A stretch of DNA of 32,000 bases from Archaeoglobus fulgidus DSM 4304 (GTDB lineage Archaea > Halobacteriota > Archaeoglobi > Archaeoglobales > Archaeoglobaceae): contig NC_000917.1 of assembly GCF_000008665.1 (NCBI RefSeq), positions 150,001 to 182,000 on the forward strand. Reading direction: 5' to 3'. Below, piece after piece: positions 24,716 through 32,000 of the stretch. The position numbers and the translations under genes are program-made. Every line of letters begins with the position of its first letter. The first letter of the stretch is position 1. The notes under the pieces are model-generated. The model had not been told where the DNA came from and made no database searches. It was given only the letters and a program-made list of their open reading frames with translations.

Positions 24716-25948
24716 ATGCACTTTGAATTCAACGAGGAACAGAGGATGATTGCCAATGCAGCAAGAGACATTGCAAAGGACTTCCCGCCTGAATACTGGA
24801 GGGAGAAGGAGGAGAATGGTGAGTTTGCGGAGGAGTTTTTCAAGGCTGTATGCGATGCGGGCTTCATGGGCATCGTGATTCCAGAGGAGTACGGCGGTGG
24901 CGGCTACGGGATGACTGAGCTTCTTATTGCCATGGAAGAGCTTTCAGCCAATGGCTGCGGTGCTGGAGGAGTGTGGTATTTTGTGCTGACTGAAGTTTTC
25001 GGGGCTTTGCCCATAGTAAGATACGGCACAGAGGAGCAGAAGGAGAAGTACCTGCCCAAAATCGCCAAGGGGGAGATGGAGTTCTGCATGGCCTTAACCG
25101 AGCCAGATGCGGGCACAAACACGCTGAGAATCAAGACTTTTGCAGAAAAAGATGGAGAGGAGTATGTCATTAACGGGAACAAGATTTTCATAAGCGGGGT
25201 TGACAGGGCGAAGGGGATGCTTCTTGTGGCAAGAACAACACCTCCTGAGAAAGCCCCAAGAAGAACCCTCGGTATTACACTTTTCCTCGTTGACCTGCCC
25301 AACGAGGCGGTTAAGTGGAATCCAATACCAAAGCACGCCATAAACTTCTCGAAAACCTGTGAGGTGAGCATAAACAACCTGAGAGTTGAAAGCAATGCGA
25401 TTCTCGGCGAGAAAGATCTGGGCTGGTATCTGCTGCTTGATGTCCTCAATCCTGAGAGGATGAGCGCCGCTGCAGGAGCAATTGGAGGGGCTAAGTTAGC
25501 GATAAGCAAGGCAGTTGAGTATTCAAAGCAGCGCAAGGTTTTTGCTGATCCGATTGGCAGCTATCAGGGTCTGCAGTTCCCCTTAGCTGAGGCCTATGCT
25601 GCCTTAGAATGTGCAAGGCTCATGATGTACAAGGCTGCATGGCTCTACGATACCAAATTTGCCGCTGAAGATGTCAAAGACCCGAAGAAGAGGGTGGAGA
25701 TGGCCGCTGTTTTCAGGGAGATAGGAGATGCTGCAAACATGGCTAAGGCTGTGGCTGTTGAGAACGCGCTGAAAGCAGTTTACTGGGCAATGCAGACCTT
25801 CGGCGGCTACGGCTACGCCAAGGAGTACGATGTTGAGAGGTGGTGGAGGGAGGTCAACCTTCTCCGCCTTGCACCGATAACACAGCAGATGGCTCTGAAC
25901 TACATAGCTGAACACATCCTCGGAATGCCGAGGAGCTACAGAGTTTAG
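24716..25948 (+). CDS. Acyl-CoA dehydrogenase (FAD-dependent)
   Basis: 410 aa with the typical ACAD pattern (ALTEPDAGTN..., GNKIFISG, QTFGGYGYAKEYDVERWWRE). Confidence 0.9.
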   Translation: MHFEFNEEQRMIANAARDIAKDFPPEYWREKEENGEFAEEFFKAVCDAGFMGIVIPEEYGGGGYGMTELLIAMEELSANGCGAGGVWYFVLTEVFGALPIVRYGTEEQKEKYLPKIAKGEMEFCMALTEPDAGTNTLRIKTFAEKDGEEYVINGNKIFISGVDRAKGMLLVARTTPPEKAPRRTLGITLFLVDLPNEAVKWNPIPKHAINFSKTCEVSINNLRVESNAILGEKDLGWYLLLDVLNPERMSAAAGAIGGAKLAISKAVEYSKQRKVFADPIGSYQGLQFPLAEAYAALECARLMMYKAAWLYDTKFAAEDVKDPKKRVEMAAVFREIGDAANMAKAVAVENALKAVYWAMQTFGGYGYAKEYDVERWWREVNLLRLAPITQQMALNYIAEHILGMPRSYRV

Positions 25949-25950
25949 CC

Positions 25951-27756
25951 ATGAAGGTTGTCAAAGACCCAGAGCTGAAAATTGAGCGAAAGGAATCGCT
26001 CAACAAGATGCTCTGGAACACCGTTCAGAGTCATCCAAGAGTGTCGGCCATTGGCTACTGGGACGATGGAAAGCTGAAATATCTCACCTACGAGGAGTTC
26101 TGGGAGAGGGTGAGGAAGCTATCAAAGTTTTTAATTTCTTCCGGCCTGCGGAAGGGAGACAGGGTTGCGATTTACGCCGACACACGCTATGAATGGGAGA
26201 TTGCCGACTTTGCAGTTCTAACTGCTGGGGGAGTGGTTGTTACAGTCCACAGCGTTCTTAACAGAGAGCAGGTTGAATACATCCTGAGAGACTCGGAGAG
26301 CAGAGTTGTTTTCACGGAAAAGAAGTATGCTGAAAACGTTCCTGAGGACTTTGAGGTTTACTTTCTGGAGGAGCTGGAAAAGCTTGTCGGTGAGGTTTCT
26401 GATGATGAATTCGAAAGCAGATGGAAGAGCGTTGAGCCTGACGACCTTGCAAGCATTGTTTACACCTCTGGCACCACAGGAGAGCCAAAGGGGGCGATGC
26501 TCACGCACTGGAACTGGAGGTTCAACTGCCACTCTGTGATGTCCATCACGCCCTTCTATCCCGGAGAGCCCCACATCTGCTATCTGCCATTGAGCCACGT
26601 TTACCAGAGGCTTGTTTTCTTTGCTGGAATTTCGAGGGCAGCAACAGCAGTTTTCTGCAGTCCCCAGCAGTTCCTCGAAACGTCAACAGCAGTGAAGCCT
26701 GTTGGACTAATAGTTGTGCCGAGAATTCTTGAGAGGGTGAATGCGGGAATTGTCGAGAAAGTTGAGAAGTCACCAGCTTTGGCAAAGAAGATTTTCTACT
26801 GGTCGAGAGGAGTTGCCATTGAGTGTGGAAAGAGAATGAGCAGAGGGGAGAAATACGGCTTCTGGCTGAATATAAAGAGAATAATCGCAGACAGGCTTGT
26901 TTTCAGCAAAATTCGGGAGAACCTCGGCCTCACAAGAATCAGGTTTGTCTGCTCCTCTGCCGCAGAACTACAGAAGGAGCTGGCCTACATGTTCAATGGC
27001 ATGGGAATTCCCGTAATTGAGGGCTACGGAATGACAGAGACTGCAGCACCATCCAACCTCAATCCTGTCGGAAGGTTCAAACCCGGCACAGTTGGCCCGC
27101 CAATTCCCGGCATCGAGGAGGCGATAGCTGAGGATGGAGAGATTCTCGTCAGGGGAGACAACGTGATGAAGGGCTACTGGAGAAAGGAAGCTGAGACGAG
27201 AAAAACCTTCACCGAGGATGGATGGCTGAAGACAGGTGACCTTGGAGAGTTCGACGAGGATGGCTACCTCGTCTTTCTCGGGAGGAAGAAGCACATAATT
27301 GTCCTTGACACGGGTAAAAACGTTTCTCCTGTCCCTATAGAGGAGGAATTGCTCAAAAATCCGCTTGTGAGTGATGCGGTTATCATTGGTGACGGAAAGC
27401 CCTACGTAACTACCCTCATAGTCCCGAATTTCAGCATGCTCCTTGAGTTTGCCGATAAAAACGGAATTGAGTATGACAGGAGTAGAACGATTGTTCAGAG
27501 GAGCATTTCTGGAGAGGAGGAGATTGTGGCTGTTGATGAAAACCTTGTGGAGAATAATGCAGTTAAGGAGCTTTACGCAAAAATTGTTGATGATGTCAAC
27601 AGCAGGCTGGCAAAGCACGAGACAATCAAGAAGTTCAAAATTTTGCCTGAGGCTTTCAGCCTTGAGAAGGGGGAGATAACTCCAACTTTGAAGAAGAGGA
27701 GGCACGTCATTCTGAAGAGGTATGAGAAATTTATTGAGGAGATGTATAAGAGGTGA
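25951..27756 (+). CDS. Long-chain fatty-acid-CoA ligase (FAA1/FadD15-type)
   Basis: 601 aa with YTSGTTGEPKGAMLTH, EGYGMTE, GWLKTGDLG and a C-terminal TPTLKKRR motif. Confidence 0.9.
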   Translation: MKVVKDPELKIERKESLNKMLWNTVQSHPRVSAIGYWDDGKLKYLTYEEFWERVRKLSKFLISSGLRKGDRVAIYADTRYEWEIADFAVLTAGGVVVTVHSVLNREQVEYILRDSESRVVFTEKKYAENVPEDFEVYFLEELEKLVGEVSDDEFESRWKSVEPDDLASIVYTSGTTGEPKGAMLTHWNWRFNCHSVMSITPFYPGEPHICYLPLSHVYQRLVFFAGISRAATAVFCSPQQFLETSTAVKPVGLIVVPRILERVNAGIVEKVEKSPALAKKIFYWSRGVAIECGKRMSRGEKYGFWLNIKRIIADRLVFSKIRENLGLTRIRFVCSSAAELQKELAYMFNGMGIPVIEGYGMTETAAPSNLNPVGRFKPGTVGPPIPGIEEAIAEDGEILVRGDNVMKGYWRKEAETRKTFTEDGWLKTGDLGEFDEDGYLVFLGRKKHIIVLDTGKNVSPVPIEEELLKNPLVSDAVIIGDGKPYVTTLIVPNFSMLLEFADKNGIEYDRSRTIVQRSISGEEEIVAVDENLVENNAVKELYAKIVDDVNSRLAKHETIKKFKILPEAFSLEKGEITPTLKKRRHVILKRYEKFIEEMYKR

Positions 27757-27760
27757 TTAT

Positions 27761-28828
27761 TTGAGGATTGGAATTGTTGGTGTGGGTTTTAGTGAGTTTC
27801 GGATTCACGAGGAGCCCTTTTACAACGTGGCCTTTTTAGCTGCGAAAAGGGCTCTTGAGGATGCCGGAATTGAGAGGGGTGAGGTGGACAGCTTCATTCT
27901 TGGTGGTTACGACAACCTCGGGGTTGGGAGAACAATTTCGAACATGTACACAGCCCCTGCTGCTGGTGCGTATTTGAGGCATGAGATAAGGGTGAGCGAT
28001 GATGCTCTCTTCGCCCTTCCACTGGCCTTCATGAAGGTGAAGAGCGGCTCAGAGATTACGATGCTTCTCGCCTTCGGGCACAGCTCAGAAACGCCCATTG
28101 AGCTGGTTGAGCTGCAAAGCCTCGACCCCTTCTTCCACCGCCCTTTCAACCTCTCCCTGCCAGTCTTCTTCGCCATGCAGAGCTACGCTTACAGGGAGAG
28201 GTATGGCGTGAAGGAGGAAAAGATAGCCGAGGTTGTGGTAAGGATGAGGGAGAAGGGGGCGAAGAATCCAAGAGCCTACATAAGGGAGAAAGTAAGCGTT
28301 GAGGATGTTCTGAGCTCTGAAGTCGTTTCATCACCGCTGAGAAGGCTTGAAATGGCTGAGTGGTGTGATGGATGCGTTGCATTCATTCTTGCTGAGGAAA
28401 CGGTTGCGAGAAGGCTTTCCGACAGTCCAGTGTGGGTTAGCGGTCTTGGGTGGAGCGCTGAAAATTACTACTTCGACAGATCCCTGCATGACCTTCCTTT
28501 TGTTGCAAAAAGTGCGGAAATGGCCTTCAAAATGTCAGGAAAGGAGAGAAAAGACGTGGAAGCCTTAGAGATTTCCGATTTGACCGCTGATTATTACTGC
28601 ATGATTCTTGAGGCTCTTGGGTTTGCTGAGACGGGCAGAGGTTGGGAGTTCAATGGAGATGTCAATTTCTCAGGAGGAGCGCTATGCACCAACGCCTACG
28701 GCTCGACTGGAGCCTTCCTGCTCGCCAGCATCGTTGAGAGAATCAGGAAGGGAGAGATCGAGTGTGGGATGGCTCAATCGATGAGCGGCTACGCCCAGAA
28801 GTCTTGCGTTGCGATTTTGGAGGGATAA
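27761..28828 (+). CDS. SCP-x/thiolase-like protein lacking the nucleophilic Cys (Ser at that position)
   Basis: A TTG start at 27761 follows AGGTGA. The tracked ATG 27722 would overlap the upstream gene by 35 nt. The protein has a thiolase-like N-terminus (IGIVGVGFSEF) and C-terminus (NFSGGALCTNAYGSTG). The active-site stretch reads RVSDDALFALPLAFMKVKSG, where thiolases have xxxC(A/S)SGxxA...SG. Confidence 0.7.
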   Translation: MRIGIVGVGFSEFRIHEEPFYNVAFLAAKRALEDAGIERGEVDSFILGGYDNLGVGRTISNMYTAPAAGAYLRHEIRVSDDALFALPLAFMKVKSGSEITMLLAFGHSSETPIELVELQSLDPFFHRPFNLSLPVFFAMQSYAYRERYGVKEEKIAEVVVRMREKGAKNPRAYIREKVSVEDVLSSEVVSSPLRRLEMAEWCDGCVAFILAEETVARRLSDSPVWVSGLGWSAENYYFDRSLHDLPFVAKSAEMAFKMSGKERKDVEALEISDLTADYYCMILEALGFAETGRGWEFNGDVNFSGGALCTNAYGSTGAFLLASIVERIRKGEIECGMAQSMSGYAQKSCVAILEG

Positions 28829-28829
28829 A

Positions 28830-29972
28830 ATGAGAGTTGCGGTTGTTGGATTCGGTCAAACTCCCTTCAGGACAAAGAGGAAGGATAAAACCCATCCGGA
28901 GCTTGCCTTCGAGGCAATAAATGCCGCCCTCGACCATGCTGGACTGGAGATGAAGGATGTCGAGGCAGTAGCTTACGGCTGTATGGACCCCTTCGACGGT
29001 ATCTACTGCCCTGAGAGGTGGGATGCTACTGCAGCGGGCCTCGAAAAGCCGATAATGAAGATTTCCACTGGTGGCACAACGGGAATGACCACAGCCTTGG
29101 CGGCATACGAGCACGTTGCCAGCGGGCTTTTTGATTTGGTAATGGCCGTCTGCGTGCAGAGGGTAGGGGAGTGCGTTGATGCGCAGCCCGTTCTCAACAC
29201 AGCAGTCGACCCCATTTACGAGAGACACTCAGGTCTGGGAGCCATTCACGTAGCCTCCTTTCAGGCCACAGCATATATGGCAAAGTATGGCGCAACTGAA
29301 GAGGACTTGGCGTGGGTGAGCGTCAAGGATCACAAAAATGCCCTCAAGAATCCCTACGCCCACATTAAGATGGATGTGAGCGTCGAGGGTGTTCTCAAAA
29401 GCAGGGTTGTCTGCTCTCCCCTCAAGCTGCTGGAGTGCTGTCCGAGGAGCGATGGTGCTGCTGCCGTCATCTTCGCTTCTGAAGATGTGGCGAGGAAGAT
29501 AAGGGACAATCCAGCTTGGGTTGTTGCGGAGACAACAATCAGCGACAGCTACTACCTCGGTGACAGGCCGAGCTTTGCCGAGTGGGATTCATTGGCAATA
29601 GCTGGCAGAAGGCTTTTCAAGGCTGCTGGAATTGAGCCAGATGAGATAGATGTTGCCGAGCTATACTCTCCCTTTACCATTCAGGAGATTCTGGAGCTGG
29701 AGGCTCTGGGCTTTGCCAAGAAGGGAGAGGGGAAGAACTTTGCGAGGGAGGGTGTAACCTTTGTGGATGGCGATTTTCCCACCAACCCCTCAGGAGGGGT
29801 GCTGTGCACAAATCCCATTGGAGCTACTGGCCTTGTGAGGTTTGGTGAAGCTGCCCTGCAGGTGATGAACGAGGCGAAAAATCAGGTTGATGGTGCTGAA
29901 GTTGCACTTGCACACGCATGGGGTGGGACTTTGCAGTTCCACACCCTCGCTTTGCTTTCTTCAAGGAGGTGA
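28830..29972 (+). CDS. SCP-x/thiolase-like protein lacking the nucleophilic Cys (Gly at that position)
   Basis: ATG 28830 lies 1 nt after the upstream stop. The protein begins MRVAVVGFGQTPF... The active-site stretch reads KISTGGTTGMTTALAAYEHVASG, and the C-terminal motif is NPSGGVLCTNPIGATG, where GHP is usual. Confidence 0.8.
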   Translation: MRVAVVGFGQTPFRTKRKDKTHPELAFEAINAALDHAGLEMKDVEAVAYGCMDPFDGIYCPERWDATAAGLEKPIMKISTGGTTGMTTALAAYEHVASGLFDLVMAVCVQRVGECVDAQPVLNTAVDPIYERHSGLGAIHVASFQATAYMAKYGATEEDLAWVSVKDHKNALKNPYAHIKMDVSVEGVLKSRVVCSPLKLLECCPRSDGAAAVIFASEDVARKIRDNPAWVVAETTISDSYYLGDRPSFAEWDSLAIAGRRLFKAAGIEPDEIDVAELYSPFTIQEILELEALGFAKKGEGKNFAREGVTFVDGDFPTNPSGGVLCTNPIGATGLVRFGEAALQVMNEAKNQVDGAEVALAHAWGGTLQFHTLALLSSRR

Positions 29973-29976
29973 TTTT

Positions 29977-30432
29977 ATGGATGTGATGGAGTTTGAGGTT
30001 TGGTGGAAGATTCCCTTCAAGCATTCTGCTGGCTTGCACGCCACGAAGTTCTTTCAGGGGCTGAAGGAGGGGAAGATTTTTGGAGTGAGATGTGATAGGT
30101 GCGGGAGAGTTCTCGTTCCCCCCAGAGCCTTCTGCGAGAGGTGCCATGTTGAAACCAAAGAATGGGTTGAGGTGAGCGATGAAGGCGTGGTTGAAACACT
30201 GACAGTAACCTACATGAAGTTTACTGGCTTACCTGACCCGCCTTACGCCATTGGTGTTGTCAGGCTCGATGGGGCAGATACGGGAATGCTCTGCTTTCTT
30301 GGCGGTGTTGACTTGTCAGACTGGAGGAAAATCCACGAGACATTCAAACCGGGAACGAGGGTTAAAGCAGTGTGGAAGGAGGAGAGGGAGGGGAAGATAA
30401 CGGACATCCAGTACTTTGAACCAGTGAAATAA
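29977..30432 (+). CDS. DUF35 protein (rubredoxin-like zinc ribbon + OB fold), a thiolase-associated scaffold type
   Basis: GGAGGTGA precedes ATG 29977. The sequence RCDRCGRVLVPPRAFCERCH (CxxC...CxxC) is followed by an OB-fold-like segment (VETLTVTY...PYAIGVVRLD). The tracked upstream start at 29887 overlaps the thiolase gene. Confidence 0.8.
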   Translation: MDVMEFEVWWKIPFKHSAGLHATKFFQGLKEGKIFGVRCDRCGRVLVPPRAFCERCHVETKEWVEVSDEGVVETLTVTYMKFTGLPDPPYAIGVVRLDGADTGMLCFLGGVDLSDWRKIHETFKPGTRVKAVWKEEREGKITDIQYFEPVK

Positions 30433-30504
30433 ACTTTCATTTTTTGCATGAAACGATATCAGCGCAAAGCAAAGTTTAAATCCTCAACAAATAATTCCTA
30501 ACGA

Positions 30505-31095
30505 ATGATAGACAGGATCATATCGAAGCTTGTCTCCGCTGGAGCAGACTTAAGCTCGAAAAACGCCATAAAGGCTGCCCTGAAAATTCTCGGGGAGGAC
30601 GAAGGGCTTGCGGACTACATTTACATTCTCGTAAAGAACAGAGCCTACAGGAAAGACTGGGCGGAGCTTCCTGTGGAAAAAAGGCTGATATTCCTGCCCC
30701 AGTGCCTCAGAAACTCGAAGAGCTGCCAGGCAGAGCTAACTGAGAAAGGATACATTTGCAAGAAGTGCGGGGGCTGCGATATAGCCGAAATTGTAGAGAC
30801 TGCGGAAGAGCTTGGGTATAAGCACGCCTACATAGTTCCCGGGGGAAGCATGATTTACAGAATCCTAAAAAGTCTGGATATGGGTTCCTTTGCGTGTCTC
30901 GGCGTTGCTTGTCTTCCTGAGCTTTGCGAGGCCAGTGAGAGGCTTACGCTGAAGGACATTCCACACCAGTGCGTCCCCCTTCGGAAAACAGGATGTGTGG
31001 ACACGGAGGTAGATGTCGAAGAGGTCAAGGCTTTTTTAAAAGCTGGTATAGAGCATGAAGAAGAAAAAGCTGGAAATAGTGCTGGAAAAAATTAA
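30505..31095 (+). CDS. DUF116-family Cys-rich protein
   Basis: 196 aa. LIFLPQCLRNSKSCQAELTEKGYICKKCGGCDI fits the DUF116/COG1852 pattern as I recall it. Confidence 0.6.
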   Translation: MIDRIISKLVSAGADLSSKNAIKAALKILGEDEGLADYIYILVKNRAYRKDWAELPVEKRLIFLPQCLRNSKSCQAELTEKGYICKKCGGCDIAEIVETAEELGYKHAYIVPGGSMIYRILKSLDMGSFACLGVACLPELCEASERLTLKDIPHQCVPLRKTGCVDTEVDVEEVKAFLKAGIEHEEEKAGNSAGKN

Positions 31096-31669
31096 GGGTT
31101 TTCAGAATCCGAAAATAGAGCTTGAGCAATACGTCACCCCACCTTCGCTTGCTGCCTTCATAGCAACCACAGCGGAACTTAACGGTGACCTCGACCTAAT
31201 CATCGATTTGGGGTGCGGTACGGGAATTCTGGCAATAGCTTGCTCACTGCTTGGCCACTACTCAGTTGGAGTTGATCTGGATGTTGAGGCATTGAAAATA
31301 GCGAGAGATAACGCAGCAGAGCTTGGGGTTGAGGCAGACTTCGTGAGGAGCGAGGTATCGAAATTCCGGTGCAAGAGGAAAGTTACAACTGTGATGAACC
31401 CTCCTTTCGGCATACAGAGAAAGCACGCGGACAGACCTTTTTTGCTCAAAGCCTTTGAGATTTCGAAGGTAATTTACACCGTTCACTCCGCAGGAAGCTC
31501 AAATTTCGTTCGAAAGCTTTCGGAAGAGCATGGCTTTAAAGTTACGTACCAGTGGAACTTCTCCATCCCCCTTAAGAGGACCTACTCTTTCCACGAAAAA
31601 GCATTTAAGTATATACCCGTAGAGGTGTTTAGGATTGAGAAACATGAGATTCGTAATGCCGGGAGATAG
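31055..31669 (+). CDS. METTL5-like SAM-dependent methyltransferase (predicted RNA N6-adenine methylase, COG2263-type)
   Basis: LEQYVTPPSLAA, the SAM motif DLGCGTGILAI, and the catalytic NPPFG motif. It overlaps the upstream gene by 41 nt. Confidence 0.8.
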   Translation: MKKKKLEIVLEKIKGFQNPKIELEQYVTPPSLAAFIATTAELNGDLDLIIDLGCGTGILAIACSLLGHYSVGVDLDVEALKIARDNAAELGVEADFVRSEVSKFRCKRKVTTVMNPPFGIQRKHADRPFLLKAFEISKVIYTVHSAGSSNFVRKLSEEHGFKVTYQWNFSIPLKRTYSFHEKAFKYIPVEVFRIEKHEIRNAGR

Positions 31670-32000
31670 GATAGGTTCTGCGGAGGAATACGTTAAAGGG
31701 GAGGGAGTTTACGAGGAGGGAGGAGAGCTTTTTGCCGCCGTTGCGGGAAAGCTCATCATCAAGGACAGAGTTGCAAAGGTGGAGAGCATCTCTCCGATCC
31801 CGGAGATAGTTAAGGGAGATGTTGTCCTCGGCAGAGTTGTGGACCTCAGAAACTCAATCGCTCTGATCGAAGTTTCAAGCAAAAAGGGAGAGAATAGGGG
31901 TCCGAGCAACAGGGGAATAGGAATTCTGCACGTCTCCAATGTCGATGAGGGATACGTAAAGGAAATTTCGGAAGCTGTGGGCTACCTCGACATTCTGAAG
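31644..32000 (+). CDS. csl4: Exosome cap subunit Csl4, N-terminal part (3' end outside the window)
   Basis: This is not in the ORF track because the frame runs off the window. It reads MRFVMPGDRIGSAEEYVKGEGVYEEGGELFAAVAGKLIIKDRVAKVESISPIPEIVKGDVVLGRVVDLRNSIALIEV..., the Csl4 N-terminal domain plus the start of the S1 domain. It overlaps the methyltransferase gene by 26 nt. Confidence 0.8.
   Translation, partial: MRFVMPGDRIGSAEEYVKGEGVYEEGGELFAAVAGKLIIKDRVAKVESISPIPEIVKGDVVLGRVVDLRNSIALIEVSSKKGENRGPSNRGIGILHVSNVDEGYVKEISEAVGYLDILK

Noticed and set aside
21172-27705. Many minus-strand ORFs inside the acyl-CoA ligase, ACAD and thiolase genes (for example 21315..21794, 22647..23090, 24236..24721, 24904..25536, 26968..27705)
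   Set aside because: All are antisense to genes with clear family signatures on the plus strand, and none has motifs of its own.
31709-31939. 76-aa minus-strand ORF
   Set aside because: It is antisense to the csl4 N-terminal coding region, which is not in the track because it runs off the window.

Overview
The window looks like an Archaeoglobus-type euryarchaeal chromosome segment, most similar to A. fulgidus. This call rests on my recollection of three things: an IscS with Asp at the PLP-lysine position, a 963-bp ISA0963-sized IS, and a Csl4 N-terminus. It needs a database check.

Layout, left to right:
1. 1-2226: a hemerythrin/PAS sensor, a small SUOX-fold Moco protein (frameshifted) and a membrane protein.
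2. 2197-7971, minus strand: a Tat-exported molybdopterin oxidoreductase operon (catalytic, 4Fe-4S, NrfD and TorD-like subunits) plus an FmdE-like protein.
3. 8094-10074: a protein with a three-fold internal repeat (frameshifted) and a USP-like protein.
4. 10088-16361, all minus strand: a long sulfur-trafficking and Fe-S cluster. Gene order is TusA, DsrE, IscS-like (PLP Lys replaced by Asp), IscU, HTH regulator with a start-less TRASH domain, a second DsrE-like protein, an unknown 346-aa protein, a SepCysS paralog and a DUF169 protein. An almost identical 16-17 bp palindrome sits at three 5' ends in this cluster. I consider this the best candidate for an undescribed system.
5. 16400-20100: an IS-scarred region. 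It holds a Gly/Tyr/Met-rich gene, a monohaem cytochrome c, a P1B-ATPase remnant, an IS6-like transposase remnant, a complete 963-bp IS with a 15-bp target duplication, and a frameshifted ferritin-like gene.
6. 20566-30432: a fatty-acid/beta-oxidation-like cluster. The thiolase position is filled by two thiolase-like paralogs that lack the nucleophilic Cys, followed by a DUF35 protein.
7. 30505-32000: a DUF116 protein, a METTL5-like methyltransferase and the start of csl4.

At least six reading-frame breaks occur (a seventh is possible), most of them at short homopolymers. This points to either indel sequencing error or real pseudogenisation. I found no rRNA, tRNA or CRISPR array by eye.
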